From Blastocladiella emersonii ATCC 22665 (taxonomy: Eukaryota; Fungi; Blastocladiomycota): a stretch of DNA of 64,000 nucleotides. Below the pieces are notes generated by a model, which was not told the origin of the DNA, ran no database searches, and saw nothing but the letters and a program-made list of their open reading frames with translations. A program made the translations under genes and the position numbers. Position 1 is the first letter of the stretch. Every line of letters begins with the position of its first letter. The DNA is taken from positions 744,001 to 808,000 of the forward strand of contig JANHCV010000014.1 in assembly GCA_025594325.1 (NCBI GenBank), written 5' to 3'. This document shows positions 12,322 through 25,074 of this stretch, one piece after another.

Positions 12322-13494
12322 TCACTCCTCCGAGGCGACACGACTCGGAATGAGGCCAGAGCGCTTCCACCACGCAACAACACGCGTATGGCCGAAGTTG
12401 GCGGCCGCATCGACAGCAGTCGTATCGATCTTGAGCTGCACACTCGACTTGACCCACCAGTCAAGCCGCGCAATAACCTTGTCCTCGTCGCTTCTCGCAG
12501 AAACGTGCGCCCAGCTGTTTGGGCAGGCGAAGCGGTCTTCGGGAAGATTTGCAAAAAGCCAATCTAGACTCTTGAGCTTGCTTTTGTAGCTGGCGTCCTC
12601 AATGATCTCCTCCCACAGGTTGCTGCACAGGCCGTAGCCATCAAGCTCGACGCCGTACGCCGGGGCGTTATAGTATACCCAGTCAAGCGTGTCCGTGTTC
12701 TCAGCGGACACAAGGTCCGCGACAATTTTACCCCAGTCGGCGTCGTTGAGCCACTCGCGCCACATCTTGGACTCGGACATGATTGTGAGGACGTCGAAGC
12801 TGTCTGCCATGAGCGCCGTGTAGGCGAGATCACACGAATCACCAGCATCCCCGATGCCGTCGCGAATTAACCATTCGACGATCCCAAAGTCATCGCGCTC
12901 AATGGCGGCGTCGACCGAGCGTTTCGAGAACAACGGCCCAAAGCGCGACTCCATCCACCAAGCGACGGTCGAGTCGTGGCCAGCGCACATGGCCTCGTCC
13001 AAGGCGCGTGTCGTGTAGTTGTTAATAATATCGCGCTCGTCGAGCCACTCGAGGACATCTTCGTGACCGTGCGCGGACGCCTCGTCGACGAGCCAGGTCG
13101 AGCTCCAGCAGTACGAATTGAACGCAAGCAACTCCTCGAGACCCGCGATGTCGCCCGTGGCGCATAGGAGCGCCGCGTAAAAGTCGGCGCGGAGGCAAGC
13201 CGCGTCCTCCTCGTCGTTGCTTTTGCAGTCCTTGTCGGCGCAGCGGATTTGAATCAGCCTGGTCCGAAGCTGCGCATTCTTACGCTCCATCACGGCACGG
13301 ATGAAGCGCGTGTGCACAGACCAGCGGAGCACGACTCGATGGAGCCGAGCGAGGTTGGGCGCGACCCGCAGCAGCGGAAACGGGTCGGTTCCAATTGGGT
13401 CGTCGAGGACGACGCGGACCAAGATATCCTCGATGATCGACATCGGGAGCACTGCGGGGTGCGATTGCATCGAGTTACATTTATGAGAATCCAT
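12322..13494 (-). CDS. Ankyrin-like repeat protein (family W copy 3), intact
   Basis: ORF from MDSHKCNSMQ (ATG 13494), collinear with the other W copies. Confidence 0.8.
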   Translation of the reverse strand: MDSHKCNSMQSHPAVLPMSIIEDILVRVVLDDPIGTDPFPLLRVAPNLARLHRVVLRWSVHTRFIRAVMERKNAQLRTRLIQIRCADKDCKSNDEEDAACLRADFYAALLCATGDIAGLEELLAFNSYCWSSTWLVDEASAHGHEDVLEWLDERDIINNYTTRALDEAMCAGHDSTVAWWMESRFGPLFSKRSVDAAIERDDFGIVEWLIRDGIGDAGDSCDLAYTALMADSFDVLTIMSESKMWREWLNDADWGKIVADLVSAENTDTLDWVYYNAPAYGVELDGYGLCSNLWEEIIEDASYKSKLKSLDWLFANLPEDRFACPNSWAHVSARSDEDKVIARLDWWVKSSVQLKIDTTAVDAAANFGHTRVVAWWKRSGLIPSRVASEE

Positions 13495-13710
13495 GGTTGC
13501 GTGCTTCGGGGCCATGACGAGGGAGATGCGACGCGACGCGTGGTGCGCGGCTACTTCGCTCCACGCGCCGTTCGTTCCGACCACTCTGTGTGTAGGACGA
13601 AACGAAATAGGGAGGGTTTGCCTCGAAAAAATGGACGCAAGGTTGTCAAGAAGATATATTCACATGTGGGGAATGCTTGCGGAACCACAGTCGGAGCAAT
13701 CAGGCGAGGA

Positions 13711-14901
13711 TCATCGCCGTTCCTGTTCTGATTCCGTAACAAAGTACTCGTTTGCGAGACCAGAGTCCTTCCACTAGGCAACGATCCGATGGAAACCAAG
13801 CTCAACAGCCTTTGAGATCGCAGTCGTGTCAACGGGAAGCAATTTGCCGGACTGAAGCCACCACAAAAGGCACGCGACAACCTGGGCTTCGTCCTGGCAG
13901 GTGCCCACGTTCGCCCAAGTTTTGGGACAGGCAAAGTGATCCTGAGGAAGCGACTTGGCGAGCCAGGTGAGGCTGACCATCTTGTTTTGTACGCTTGCGT
14001 GAGCGATGACGGCTGTCCAAAACACGCGTTCTGCGCCAGCGACAACAATTGTGAGGACTTTTGCTCGCGACTTGGTAAGAATCCAATCAAGCGACGCCGT
14101 GTTCTCGGCAACGATCAAGCGCTTGATGAAATTAATCCACCTGATTTGGGACACACAGCGAATCGACGAATCAGTAGACGTCATGCCTTGAAGCGTGGCG
14201 AAGCTGCCAGCCATAAGCGCTATGGTTCCAAAACGACCAGCCGCGGCTGGCAAGAAACGAGGTTCCCTCACGATCCATTTGAACGTTTCGAAATCGTCGT
14301 GCTCAATGATACCCTTGACGGCGTGAAACGTGAAGTCGAGGGGGATGTGATGGTCCTTCCACCACTGGACTGCCGCCCAATGCCCACCACAGACAGCAGC
14401 TTCAATTGCGCGATCCGCAACTTGGGAACGATAAACTTTGCTGTCGAAGAGCCACTGCAGAACGTCTTGATGGCCGTATGATGACGCCTCAAAGTACAAC
14501 ATGCTTTGGCCGCGCTTGAATGTGTTTGAGTCAAGCCACGCTTCCAGTGCACGGACATCACCAGCTGCACAAGCCAGGCGGGCAACGAAGTTGAATTGAC
14601 GATGGCATTCATCCTCTCCGCTCTTGTTGTGAGACAGGTCCGCAGGCTGTCGAAGCTCGTAGACTTGGTCGCGCAGCGACACGCTGTTTGGCTTCAACAG
14701 CATTCGATAGAAGCCGCCGTGAGTCGACCACCGGAAGATGGCACAACGGAGCTGAGTGAGCCCGGGAGCAACGCGCAAAAGCGGGAGCGGATCCACGCCG
14801 CGGGGGTCGCCACGAACGACCTTGACGAGAACGGCCTCAATGAGCGAGAACGGCAGGATTGGCAGCTGCAGTTGCATGAAGTCAATTTCGTTTGAATTCA
14901 T
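13711..14901 (-). pseudogene. Ankyrin-like repeat protein (family W copy 4) with TAG at a conserved Trp (13774-13776) near the C-terminus
   Basis: GCC TAG TGG AAG GAC TCT GGT (IVA*WKDSG) vs VVAWWKRSG in copy 3; the frame continues to a TGA at 13711. It may still make a nearly full-length protein. Confidence 0.75.
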
Positions 14902-15668
14902 TGCGATATGCGCTTTCTGACGTGCTGGAGAGAGCCTTGTCTGCGAGCGAGCAATGCAATGAGTGGCGATGGTGCCACTTAGGCTTGGCGTCAACTCGAA
15001 TGCATGCATGCAACGAGCGCATTCCATCGGACGATGAGCTGTGAACTAGGTGCAAGAAATCCCTCGCTGTGCGTCTGCGCAAAAGGTTCGAGAGCAGACG
15101 CGAGCTTGGGGCGTCGCGGCGCGCGTCGTTGAGGATCGTCTGTGCCGGTACTCAACGTTGCGGCGGCCCGTCCACTCACCCGCATTTATGAAGGAACGAT
15201 CAGAGAGAGGAAATGCGGGGGTCGGAGTCGCGCATTTCGGGCGGTGCGAGACAGCGACGCGTTTGTCACGTGCGTTTCGCGAGACAAAGTGACGGACGCG
15301 TCTCGCCCGCTCGCGCGCGCTTCCACCGGCTCGTGCATCGCATCATCCCGGAAGTATTCTCTCTCCGCTACATGCTATATGCAACGCCACTGTGTGCATT
15401 GGCGAGGATGGATCATGGGTCGTTGGCCAACGGCTCCTCGCCGCCGGGACCTCATGCATCGAGGAGGCTCCATCATCGCTACGATCCGTGCCGGAGATGC
15501 CTGAGGAGTGACCTCCGCGGAGGTGTTGGCGGCGACCCGCCCTCGGTGCCCCGCATCCAGTGCATCCGGTATTCGACGCCACAACCCTTCCCTTCAGCTG
15601 CGCCTTCGCTCGCGCTCTCTCCCTCTCTCCCTCGCTCGCCGACCGCATCGGGCACTTGACGCACCACC

Positions 15669-18600
15669 ATGCAAGCTAATGCAATTGCCGCAGCGGACGC
15701 GGCGATGGGCGGTGGCGGAAGCGCGCACTCGCGCTCTCGAGTCGTCCTCTTCCTCGCCGTCGCCGTCGCCGTCGCCGTTTTCGGCTCGTACGGCGCCGGG
15801 CTGGTCGTCAGCTACTTTCGCTCCGGCTCCAAGGCTCGCAATGTGCCCGCGAAGCCCATGTTTGGTGGAACACTTTCGGGTACGTCCCCGCTGCGCGGAC
15901 GGAACGACAACGGGCCCTTAACCAAGATCCCGCTGCGTAGATGCCGACCTCAACCTGATCCGCGACGCTTTCATGAACCTCGACGGCGCAGCCGAGACCG
16001 AGCTCGTGCTCCGTGCCAGGGAACTGTGCATGCAGCTTGATTCTTCGGGTACGCCACATGCATCGCCGACTCCTGCAGGCCAGAGCGAAGCTCACGCCGC
16101 TCCGTTGTAGACGACGATCTCAACGCGCCGCTTAACGCGCTCGGCTCCAAACGCAGCCCTTCCCGCGCTGCTGCCGCCGTCCTACTGCGCGGCGTGATTG
16201 AGAAGCGTACGCTTGCCTCGAGAGACTCTCCTCTTGCACAAACCGACTCACGAAACTAGCCGCCGTGTAGCCGAGTATGCAGCGTCGCTCGCGGACCCGC
16301 TGCTTAAGCGCATCGTTGCTGGCCTGCCGACCGAGTCGAATCCGGCCACCAAGACGCTCATCGTCAGCATGCTTCCGGTGCTCATCCTCCAGGGTACGGT
16401 GCGAAGTCGGACCCGCGCGCGCACACGTTCGCTCGCTGATCTCACCCAACCCTTAGACTCGGTTGTCGCGCAGCTTTTGAAAGAGAGCGACACGGTGAAG
16501 CTGCTCGTCCAGCTCGCCTTTAAACCCGCGGTTGACGCGCCTGCCCTGCGCTTCCATGCGTGGAACTCGACCATGCTCCTCCTTCAACGCGGTACGCGCG
16601 ACATCTGTCCATTCTGGGCGTGGATAGCTCACCATGGTCAGACTTGTGTAGCGCCTCCGCCGACCCTTCCCCATTCCCTCCTTCTCGCCGTCATGCTACG
16701 CGTGGTCCCCGCCATGTCCAACGTCCGCGAGGACTCGACCTGGCGCGCCCGCTATACGGCCATGTTCGAGTACGCTGCCGCGCGGACGTGCGACGACACG
16801 GAGTGGCCCAATATCTTCTCCGCGTGGGTCTTCTCGGGCATCAACGCCATGAACGACGCCTTCCGCCTCCTCACCAACGACAAGGTGCAGGCTCCGAGCA
16901 CCGCGTACATCCTGTTCGAGGTGCTCGCCCGAAACCCCGTCGTTTGGCGCGACGAGATTGAAAAGTGCTCGGAGAAGCTCGTAGACGGGATGCTGGCTGC
17001 GTCGAGCGGTGGGACCGCGAACCATTTCGTGGACACGCTCGTGTCGATGCTCGTCAACTGCAGTGCATTTTCCCTCACTGCTACCCCTGTCTCGGACGGA
17101 CGCCACTCACACGCTCCATCTCATGTAGACCGCGTGGCCAAGCACCTCGTCGAGATGGGCAAGCTGCACCAGTTTCTCGTCAGAAGTAAGGACGCGTTGA
17201 CCGCGCCAAACGCGCCGGTGTGCGAGCTGCTGGTGGCCCTGACCGCCTTTGACATGAACTACGGTACGCGTGCTTCGTCCTCCCTCCCCTCGCGCCTGCT
17301 AACCACGACCGTCCCACTATAGCCATCGCCACGTCCGAACTGCAGAAGACGTTCGTCATCGACTTCGCGTACGAGCGGCTCGCCGAGCAACCGGACTACA
17401 TGATGTTCCTGCTCCGCCACGGTCCCGACACGGACCGCGTCCCCCGCGAGCTTGCCGCATCCGTGGCCTCGTTCGCCAAAGCTGACACCTTTTCCAGCAA
17501 CCGGGAGCAGGAGACCACACTGCTGTCCGCCGCGCTGCACCTGCTTGGTGCCTCGCCCAGCTCCGCGGCCGAGCTGACCGAGAACGGAAACCTCATGACC
17601 CTGATCCAGCGGTTCGCGCGCGACCCGCGAATGCGCGAGCGCCCCGAGTTCTCGCGGCTCGTCGCGCTGCTCACCGACGCGCGGCCCGACCTGCTTGACT
17701 CGCTCATCGCCACCGTGTACGACCCGCTCCTCGCACAGCTGCACGCCGCGCTCGCCGACTCGGTCGAGCCCGCCCTCGCGACGCTGCGCGCGGTCCGCGA
17801 GACCCGCGGGCGGTTCGATGCGGACACGGTCAGCATGCTCAACGCGCGGCTCAAGGGCGTCGAGTCGCTCGCGTCTGCGTTCCTGTGCCATCTCAGCCCC
17901 GTCATCGTCACGGCCGCGTCGCGCGACTCGCCCGCGGCGCGCCACGCCATGGCCGACATCCTCGCGCTGTGCGAGCGCGTCCTGCTCGCTGTCGTCACGG
18001 ACAACGACGGCCGGTTGTTCTCGATCCCCGGTTTGTTCTCCGTGCTCGAGAAGTTCTCCAAGCACCGTGGGCTCGAGCTGGGCGGCGCGGCCAGCGAGTT
18101 CCACGTCGACGCGGCATTCGCGACCAAGTCGCAGCTCCTCCCGAACCTCCTCGGCGTACCGTACACCCTGCTTGCCGCGCTCGTCCAGTACGACGAGCTG
18201 CGCGGCCCGATCCTCGACCTACTCCCGCTCATGGCCCTCGCCGCGGCGCGGTTCAAGCTCGACGCCCCCTTCGCCCACTTTGCCGCCGTGTCCCTGCATG
18301 CGCCATGCGACGCGCAGATCGCGCTCGACGGGATCGCCGAGACCATGTACCGCACGGCCGTCGCCAGCAACAGCGGCAGCATTCCGCATCCCGCCGTGCA
18401 CGAGTTCCTCAGCCGCGCCATCGTCCGCGACGCTGTGCTAGACGCGGTGCACTGGGCCGACGTCACGGGCAACGCGCCGACGGGCTGCCGCGGAACCACG
18501 ATCCTCAACTCGGCCCACACTATGAACACGGCGCGCGCGTCGCACGGCGTCGTCAAGGGGCCGAACAGCGGCAAGTTCGCGTTCCCCGTCGAGCGGTCGA

Positions 18601-19931
18601 GCGCTGGAGTGCTGCTGATCGGGTGGACGGTGCACGCGGGCCCGCTGCGCGGCAACGACTACTCGCTCGCGCTCGCCGGCGAGGACCACGACACGTACCT
18701 GGTTGACTTTCACGCGATGCACGCGATTCACGCGGGCAAGACGCGGTACCTCGGCGGCAAACCGGCGGCGCCGCTCGACACTCGCCCGCTCGTCGTCACG
18801 CTCGATCTCGAGACGGGCGAGATGTCGGGCGCGCCGGCGCTCGGCAAGCCGCTGGTGGTCCTGTTCCGCGGGCTCGACATGAGCAAGACCTGGTACCCGG
18901 TCGTCGTGCAGCGGCCCAACTCGTGCTCGGCCGCGCGGTTCGACCTCGCGCCGCCCAAGTTCACGCCCGTCGCCGACGCCGTCGCGCGCGGCACCGCGGT
19001 CCCCGTGCGCCCGCTCGCTGCCGTCGAACTGTCGCCGCCCTTCCCCGAGTCGCTCCCGCTCTTCGCGTCGTTCGGCGCCAACCCGAACAGCACGTTTGGC
19101 TCGGACTGGCTGTACTTTTCGGCGTACTACGAGACGGCGCTCGTCGCGGCGCGCGCACCGTGCACGGCGACCGGCCTTCGCGCAGCGAGCGGCGCGCACT
19201 ACCTGTGGGTCGCCGCGGCGAACGGCGTCGAGTACTCGGTCCAGTTTGTCGTCGGCCACCACCCGAGCCTGCCGCCGCACGGGCGCGCGAGCGCGGTCGA
19301 GGACTCGGTCGAGTGGAACGAGTGGGTGCCCGCAGTCGCCGAGTTCCTCGCGACGAACCCGGCGCGGCCCGCCGGCGTGGCTCATCAGGACCCGCTCATC
19401 GTCACGTTCGCGCTGCGCGAGGGCTCCGACAAGCCGGGCAAACGCGCGTGGGTCCTGTCGTGGGCGTCGGTCGGCGACGCGACGAGCAACGACATCCAGG
19501 GCATGTTCCTCGTGTCCTCCTACGTGCTCCCGCCCACGACCCCCGCGGCGGCGCAAGAACCCGCGCAGCCGGTGCGCATGGAGCTCGGCGTCGCCGGCGG
19601 CCGCCCGCGGCTGACGCGCGCGCAGCGCAACGACCCGGAGAAGAAGGCGCTGGTCGAGACGATTTTCTTCCTCGCCGTGACCAAGGGCCACCGCGGAACC
19701 ATGGCCCCGGCCGACCTCGCGATCCACTTCCGCATCCACAGCGCGGCGGGCGACGACGAGGCCCTGATCCCGGTTATTCTCGGCGCGAGCAGCGTCAGCC
19801 TCAACCTGCGCGTCACCGAGGACGGCAGCGCGGCGGAGGGGCCGCTCGGCCGCGGGAACGCCAAGCTCGCGCGCGGGGTGATGCGTCGATGGGGAGCGCT
19901 CGATGGCGATGAGACGGATGATGGCGAGTAG
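15669..19931 (+). CDS. Multi-intron protein: N-terminal hydrophobic anchor, helical (ARM-like) region, SPRY/B30.2-like domain
   Basis: Introns such as 15880-15940, 16049-16110 and 17264-17322 (GTACG...TAG) join the ORFs in frame. SPRY-like segment GKFAFPVERSSAGVLLIGW...YLVDFHAMHAIHAG...VTLDLETGEMS...WYPVV (about 18550-18910). Strong GC3 bias. Confidence 0.7.
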
Positions 19932-20044
19932 ATCTGATGAGTGTATTGTGGACCAAAATTTTAGAGAGTTGCGTTCATGAATGCAAGGTGAGACGTAAAG
20001 TGATGCGTCGTTTCTTATCCTCGAGATTGTACTTGAGAGTCCGA

Positions 20045-20600
20045 TCAACAGAGCCGCTGAGGGCCTGCGCGGCGAGTGATTTTGCGAAGCCAGGTCACGA
20101 TCTTGGTCTTGTTGTCCGCGCGGGCATACTCGAGGATCTCGGACCAAAACTCGTTGTCAGAGTGTGGTTTGGGGATGCCGAAGCCGCCTTCCAACGCCGT
20201 TGAGTACACCCAATTGAGCGAGACCATGTCCTTGGCGTCCACGAGGCACTCGACCAGCTCGAGCCAATCGATTTCGCAGACCCAGTCGTTCCAGCACGAA
20301 TCCCGTTCCTTGAGACTGTTCATCATGCCGAGGTTTCCCGACACAAGCGCCGCATGCGCGAGCTCGGTCGTATCGCCCAGGGTGCTTGGATCGCCTTGCG
20401 CAAGCCAGTTCAAAAGTTCGAAATCGTGTCGCTCAGCGACGAACTTGACAGCACGGTCCGAGAAGCAGGGCTCGACTCGCTTATCAATCCACCATTCGAT
20501 TGTCTCGCCGTGTCCGGCGCACAGGGCCTCGTCAATTGCACGTTCTGTGTGCTCCGCGAGCAAACCGTGGCCTTCTAGCCACACCAGTACGTCGGTCTGG
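20045..20600 (-). pseudogene. Ankyrin-like repeat gene fragment (family W copy 5), 5' half lost at the Helitron junction
   Basis: GQTDVLVWLEGHGLLAEHTERAIDEALCAGHGETIEWW matches the middle of family W. The upstream sequence is antisense Helitron and the C-terminus is degenerate. Confidence 0.8.
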
Positions 20601-21965
20601 CGCGGTCGCCACGCCGAGCCGCGGTCCAAGTTCCGCAAGACGCATGCTGCAGTTGGCAAGCTCATTGTCGCGATGCGCGCGACCAAAGTCGTTCCCGTGC
20701 CGCTGTTCAACAAGCAGGTCAGCCAGTCGTCCGACATTGGCAGCACTGAGTCGCGCGCCATGATCTCCATGATCCTGTTCAAGCCGTTCTGCGCCATCAA
20801 CGAGCTGGCCCCGGCTCGCGGCGAGGAGTGGTCGCATACGCTCGATCTCTTCAAGAACACGCAATGTGCGGTATCGGTACCGCACTCTCGGCGACCAAGC
20901 CGGTGAGTGACAAAGCCAAGGCCAAGCTCGAGGTGTTGTTCCGAACCGTCAAGTTTGTCCTCATTGACGAGATCTCCATGGTCGGCGCCGAGCTCTTTGC
21001 CGCCATGCACTTGCGCTTCGACGCGCTGTACCCGAGCCACGACCATCGTCCGTTTGGCGGCCTGCACGTCCTCACGTCCGGCGATTTCCTCCAGTTCGAG
21101 CCCGTCATGGCCCGCTCGCTCACGGTTCCATCCGAGCAGCTGGTCGAACGCGCACCCGAACCTGAGGTGGATGCTGCTCATGATGGAGACTCGATGCAGG
21201 TCGACGGCGAGCCTCAGCAGCAGAAGAAGAAGCGCGCATCGCAGTGTAAAGAGCGGCCAGCGCTCAGCGGTCAGCAGAACTCAAACTGACGCCAACATTG
21301 GTCGCGATCAGTGGCTCGCCTTCGACTCGGCCTTCTTCCTCGTCCAGCAGATGCGAAAGTCGGGCGACGCGAGCTTCCTCAACGTGCTCCAGGACCTGCG
21401 CAACTGCGTCGTCTCATTGCGCTTGATTGATTGAGTACCTCGGCTCGCGTCGAGCAGACGTCGTGCTGGGCCAGCACCCAGACCAGCTCGACGACTGGAG
21501 CGACCAGGTCCTCGTCACGGCGCAGAACTCGGTGCGCGACGCGTGGAACTCGATGGCCGCCGCAAAACACGCGCGTCGCCTCGGACTCCAACCTGACGAG
21601 ATCTTTGACCTCGAGTGCGTCAATCTCGTCCGCAAGCCCTCGGCAACCGGACCACTCCTATGGCGGCAGCTCGTTGTTAAGAGCAGCGGTCAGAGCGAGA
21701 GCGACCAGCGCATGCTCAACTTCGCAAAACTGCTTCCCTCAAGCAAGACGGACCACATCCCGGCTACCCTCAAGCTGTGTGCTGGCGCGCGTGTCATCGT
21801 GACGCGAACAATCAACATGCTGTACGTCGTCGCATGACGTTGACCGATTCTTCAACGAGCCCACTAAGCACTAAGTATCAACGCCAAGCTTCTCCGCCTC
21901 CAGGCATTGCTAGCCAGTCTAGTCGCCTACTGCTGAGACAGAGTGTGTAACGCACACACCCCTAG
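20601..21965 (+). mobile_element. Helitron copy 2, 5'-truncated and internally deleted
   Basis: Near-identical to segments of copy 1 (MILFKPF; VKFVLIDEISMVGAELF...PFGGLHVLTSGDFLQFEPV). Same 3' terminus GCCTACTGCTGAGACAGAGTGTGTAACGCACACACCCCTAG|T ending at 21965. No 5' terminus found. Confidence 0.9.
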
Positions 21966-21991
21966 TCCTTTCATCAATCACGGTTACTCAT

Positions 21992-23579
21992 TCACTTCAT
22001 GTTCGCGGGCATCACCCGCGCTGCATTGAGTCCGTTCAAACGGCATGCCTCGAGGAAAAACTCGCGGAAAGGATCCGTGGCCATCGTTGCTAGGGCAGTT
22101 GTAACGATTTCCGCAATCGATTCGCGGCCAGCGCGGGTGTCCAGTCGCCGATCTCTCACCTGCAGCATGACCAGGTATACTGCAGTTTGGAGCAGAGTCA
22201 ACGGACAGTTGTGATCAAGCGCGCCAGGCGGAATCATCCGCCACACGCCCCGAGGACTGTCTGCGGTGACCCGGAGATATTCGTCACGCAATACCCTGGG
22301 TGAAGCGCGGTACAGCTGCTCGATGATCCACGCACGTTCCGTTCCAAGGCCACGCGTCCCGTTCGCAAGTTCTGCGCGGCGCCGCGAATCGGTCTCGATC
22401 AAGGCCGCCTCGGAAAAGAGCACGTCGCGCGCTCGCCCGGTAATCGTTGAAGCACACAGTCGGAATTTGGTCACCTTGGTGAGAATGAGATGAACAGCAA
22501 ACTGCCACAGGTCCCAAGTCGCGTCAGGAAGATCGGCAGGCGGTACGTTCGCGCACTCCATTGGGCGAAACGGGATAAGCTTCCTGGACGCACCCGCACC
22601 ATCCGCAGTTGAGACAAGCGCTGCTGACGAAGTTTGGGCTGGTACACTGCGACCAATGCGGTACCTGTGAAACGCATCGATGAGCTCATCCTCGGAAGGC
22701 ACAGCTGGGATAACGATTGCAGGCAACTTGAGACGCGCGTCTCGCGTGAACACTTGCAGCGGAAGCGGATTGATGGAGGTGCTCAAGCACGTTGGGCCGC
22801 CACCACTTGAGCGCCACGAGCACAAGATAGTCAATAGAGGTTGAAGATTGGATTTCCTCTGATAGTGAAGTGGAGAACGAGGAGCTTGAAGCACGCCAGT
22901 CCGGGTCAATGTTCGACCAAAAGTCAAACTTGATTTCGCTGGGCGTGGCCGGGAACTTCAAGAGTACATCGAGGACGTAGGTCAGCTGATTTATGCGGCC
23001 CTGCGCGACAAACACCATGGCGAGCTGGGCCAGGCCAAGCAAGTGAGGCGAAACTGGTCGCGCTTCTGGCGATGTGCCGAAATCTGCTCCCGGAGTGTTG
23101 GGCGCAGGGATCGGCTCGAGCGTGTGATTAAAGTAGTTCTCAATGAGTCGGGCAACAATGGGTTCGTCAAACACATCGGCCGATGGAAGGCAGCGCACAC
23201 GGTCAGTCTTGCGGCGTGATGCCGCATCCCGCTCAAGGCAAGCAAGATGGTGTAGGTAAGGAGCAAGTGGCATTTCCGACGACCGCGGGGTGACGGGGTG
23301 GCGATAGTCATGACGGTCACACGGGCACTTGTCTGCGGCGCACGGATGCACGGCGCCCCACTCGCACAAGTCGGGCCGGAAAAGGTAGGTGCATCGCCAA
23401 ACCCACTGGTTGGCAGATTCAAGGGCGATTTCAGCAAAGCCGCTTGCAGCAAGTGGGATGGCGAGCCGAGGGACAGAAAGCCGCAGGACGTGACCGACGA
23501 GTTCCGCGGGAAGGTCCGAAAAGCCAAACGAGTCAGATCCCTCGAGCATATTGCAAGCAGTTATTTCATCCGGTTCCAT
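21992..23579 (-). CDS. F-box-like protein, distant family Z member (probably spliced; exon structure not resolved)
   Basis: N-terminal FSDLPAELVGHVLRLS (F-box-like). C-terminal VWRMIPPGALD resembles FWELVPDGALD of Z1/Z2. Shares upstream sequence CACATCACATG...TTGATCGACGCGTCTC with Z1. Confidence 0.55.
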
Positions 23580-23959
23580 GATGCAGTACTCCCCAGGTCG
23601 TCGAGAGGACCGGACTCCTCCCGGACGAGCGTGCGAAAACGAAGGCATTTGGCGGCGCCACGCGAACCACAACAGCGCCACACATCACATGGTTGATCGA
23701 CGCGTCTCCGAGCCGCTCGCGCTCCGACCCGGCGATTGCGAGTACGCAAACTGGTGGTGAAGTACCTTAGAGCTTCCGATTGTGCGCTTTTATCTTCCTT
23801 AACGAGGTTCCGAGTACGCAAAGCGCGCCCTGCTCAACCGAGTGTCGCGAGAAGTTTCACGCGTTTCAGCTGGTCTCACAGCAGCTCTCAGCGGCCATCG
23901 ACACGCTGAGATCATCGTCGCAACTGATCGGAGAGGAGTACCCGAAGAGCAAAAGGCAC

Positions 23960-25074
23960 TGAGGTGTCAGTTGTATTGTGCGATTGGGGAAAATCCCTGA
24001 GTTGTGCAATTTCCATCGTCTCGCTCATCATGCTCAGCACCGCGGCAAGCAGTAACCGCGATTTCGTCCACCAGTCCACGCGTCATCGAGCGGTATTAGG
24101 TGGAACGGCCGAGGAGGCCAGGGGGAAGCGTATCCGTAAGCCAGATCAGACTCGCAACCTTGTTATTGACACGGGTATGCTCGGCGACCCCGGACCAGAA
24201 CGCGACTTTGGTGTAGCGATGGTTGAATGCGATGCCGTCCTTGATCCCCTGCTTGTATGCCCAATCCAGCGCGGCCGTGTTTTCGGCGTCCACCAAGCTC
24301 TTGAACGTGTGGAGCCACTCGACGGTGCAGGTCCAGACCCTCCAATATTGGTGCGTCTTGAGGCTGTCGAGCAAGTTGAAGCTGCTCGCCGACAGCGCCA
24401 TGGGCAAAAGCATTCCCGGGGACATGAGCGAAGTGGGCTGGCCATCTGCAAGCCACTCGAAGGCCTCGACGTTGTCCTGCTCGATGGCGGCCGTGACGGC
24501 GCGCTTTGAGAACAAGGGCGATTCGCGCGACTTGATCCACCACCGAACCGTGTCGCGATGGCCGGCGCAGATGGGTCCATCGTGAGCGCGGACAGTGTAG
24601 CGGTAGCCAAGTAGGTCATTATCGAGGAACCACTGCAAGATATCATGATGACCATTCGCCGATGCTTCATCGATGAGCGGCGGCACTAGGGTGACGCACG
24701 TGCACCGGAGAAACCACTTCTCGAGCGCGCGAAGGTCGCCAGCAGCGCAGAGAAGCGTGGCGTAGAAATTCGAGGCGTGGCAGCACTCTTTTTCGGAGTC
24801 GGAATCGTCATTGGAATGGTCGTCCGAGTTGTCGCCTCCACTCAAAGCGTGAGCGAGTTCTGGTTTGGCCGCAGCCTTCGGCCGACCAACCTCGTGCACG
24901 GGCATGGTCGAACGGCGGACCTGGATGAGCATGTCGCGAAAGTACGCCTTCTTCGGATCGAGAGCGGCCTGGAGCAGCCGCGTATGAGTCGAGTACCGGA
25001 GCACGACGTAGTGAAGGCGAGCAAGGCCGGGCGCGACGCGCAAGAGCGAGAACGGGTCGGTGCCGCGCGGGTCG
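23960..25074 (-). pseudogene. Ankyrin-like repeat gene (family W copy 6), 5' end replaced by a retroelement, frameshifted near the 3' end
   Basis: DPRGTDPFSLLRVAPGLARL through VASLIWL in ORF 24096..25397. The family motif RVDWWTKS follows in another frame. Confidence 0.75.

Noticed and set aside
15027-15660. ORFs between W copy 4 and the SPRY gene
   Set aside because: No motifs, paralogs or codon bias; probably a divergent promoter region.
20045-21181. 378-aa ORF as a real chimeric protein
   Set aside because: Its N-terminal half is antisense Helitron sequence with a non-ATG start; only the last 185 codons are W-family.
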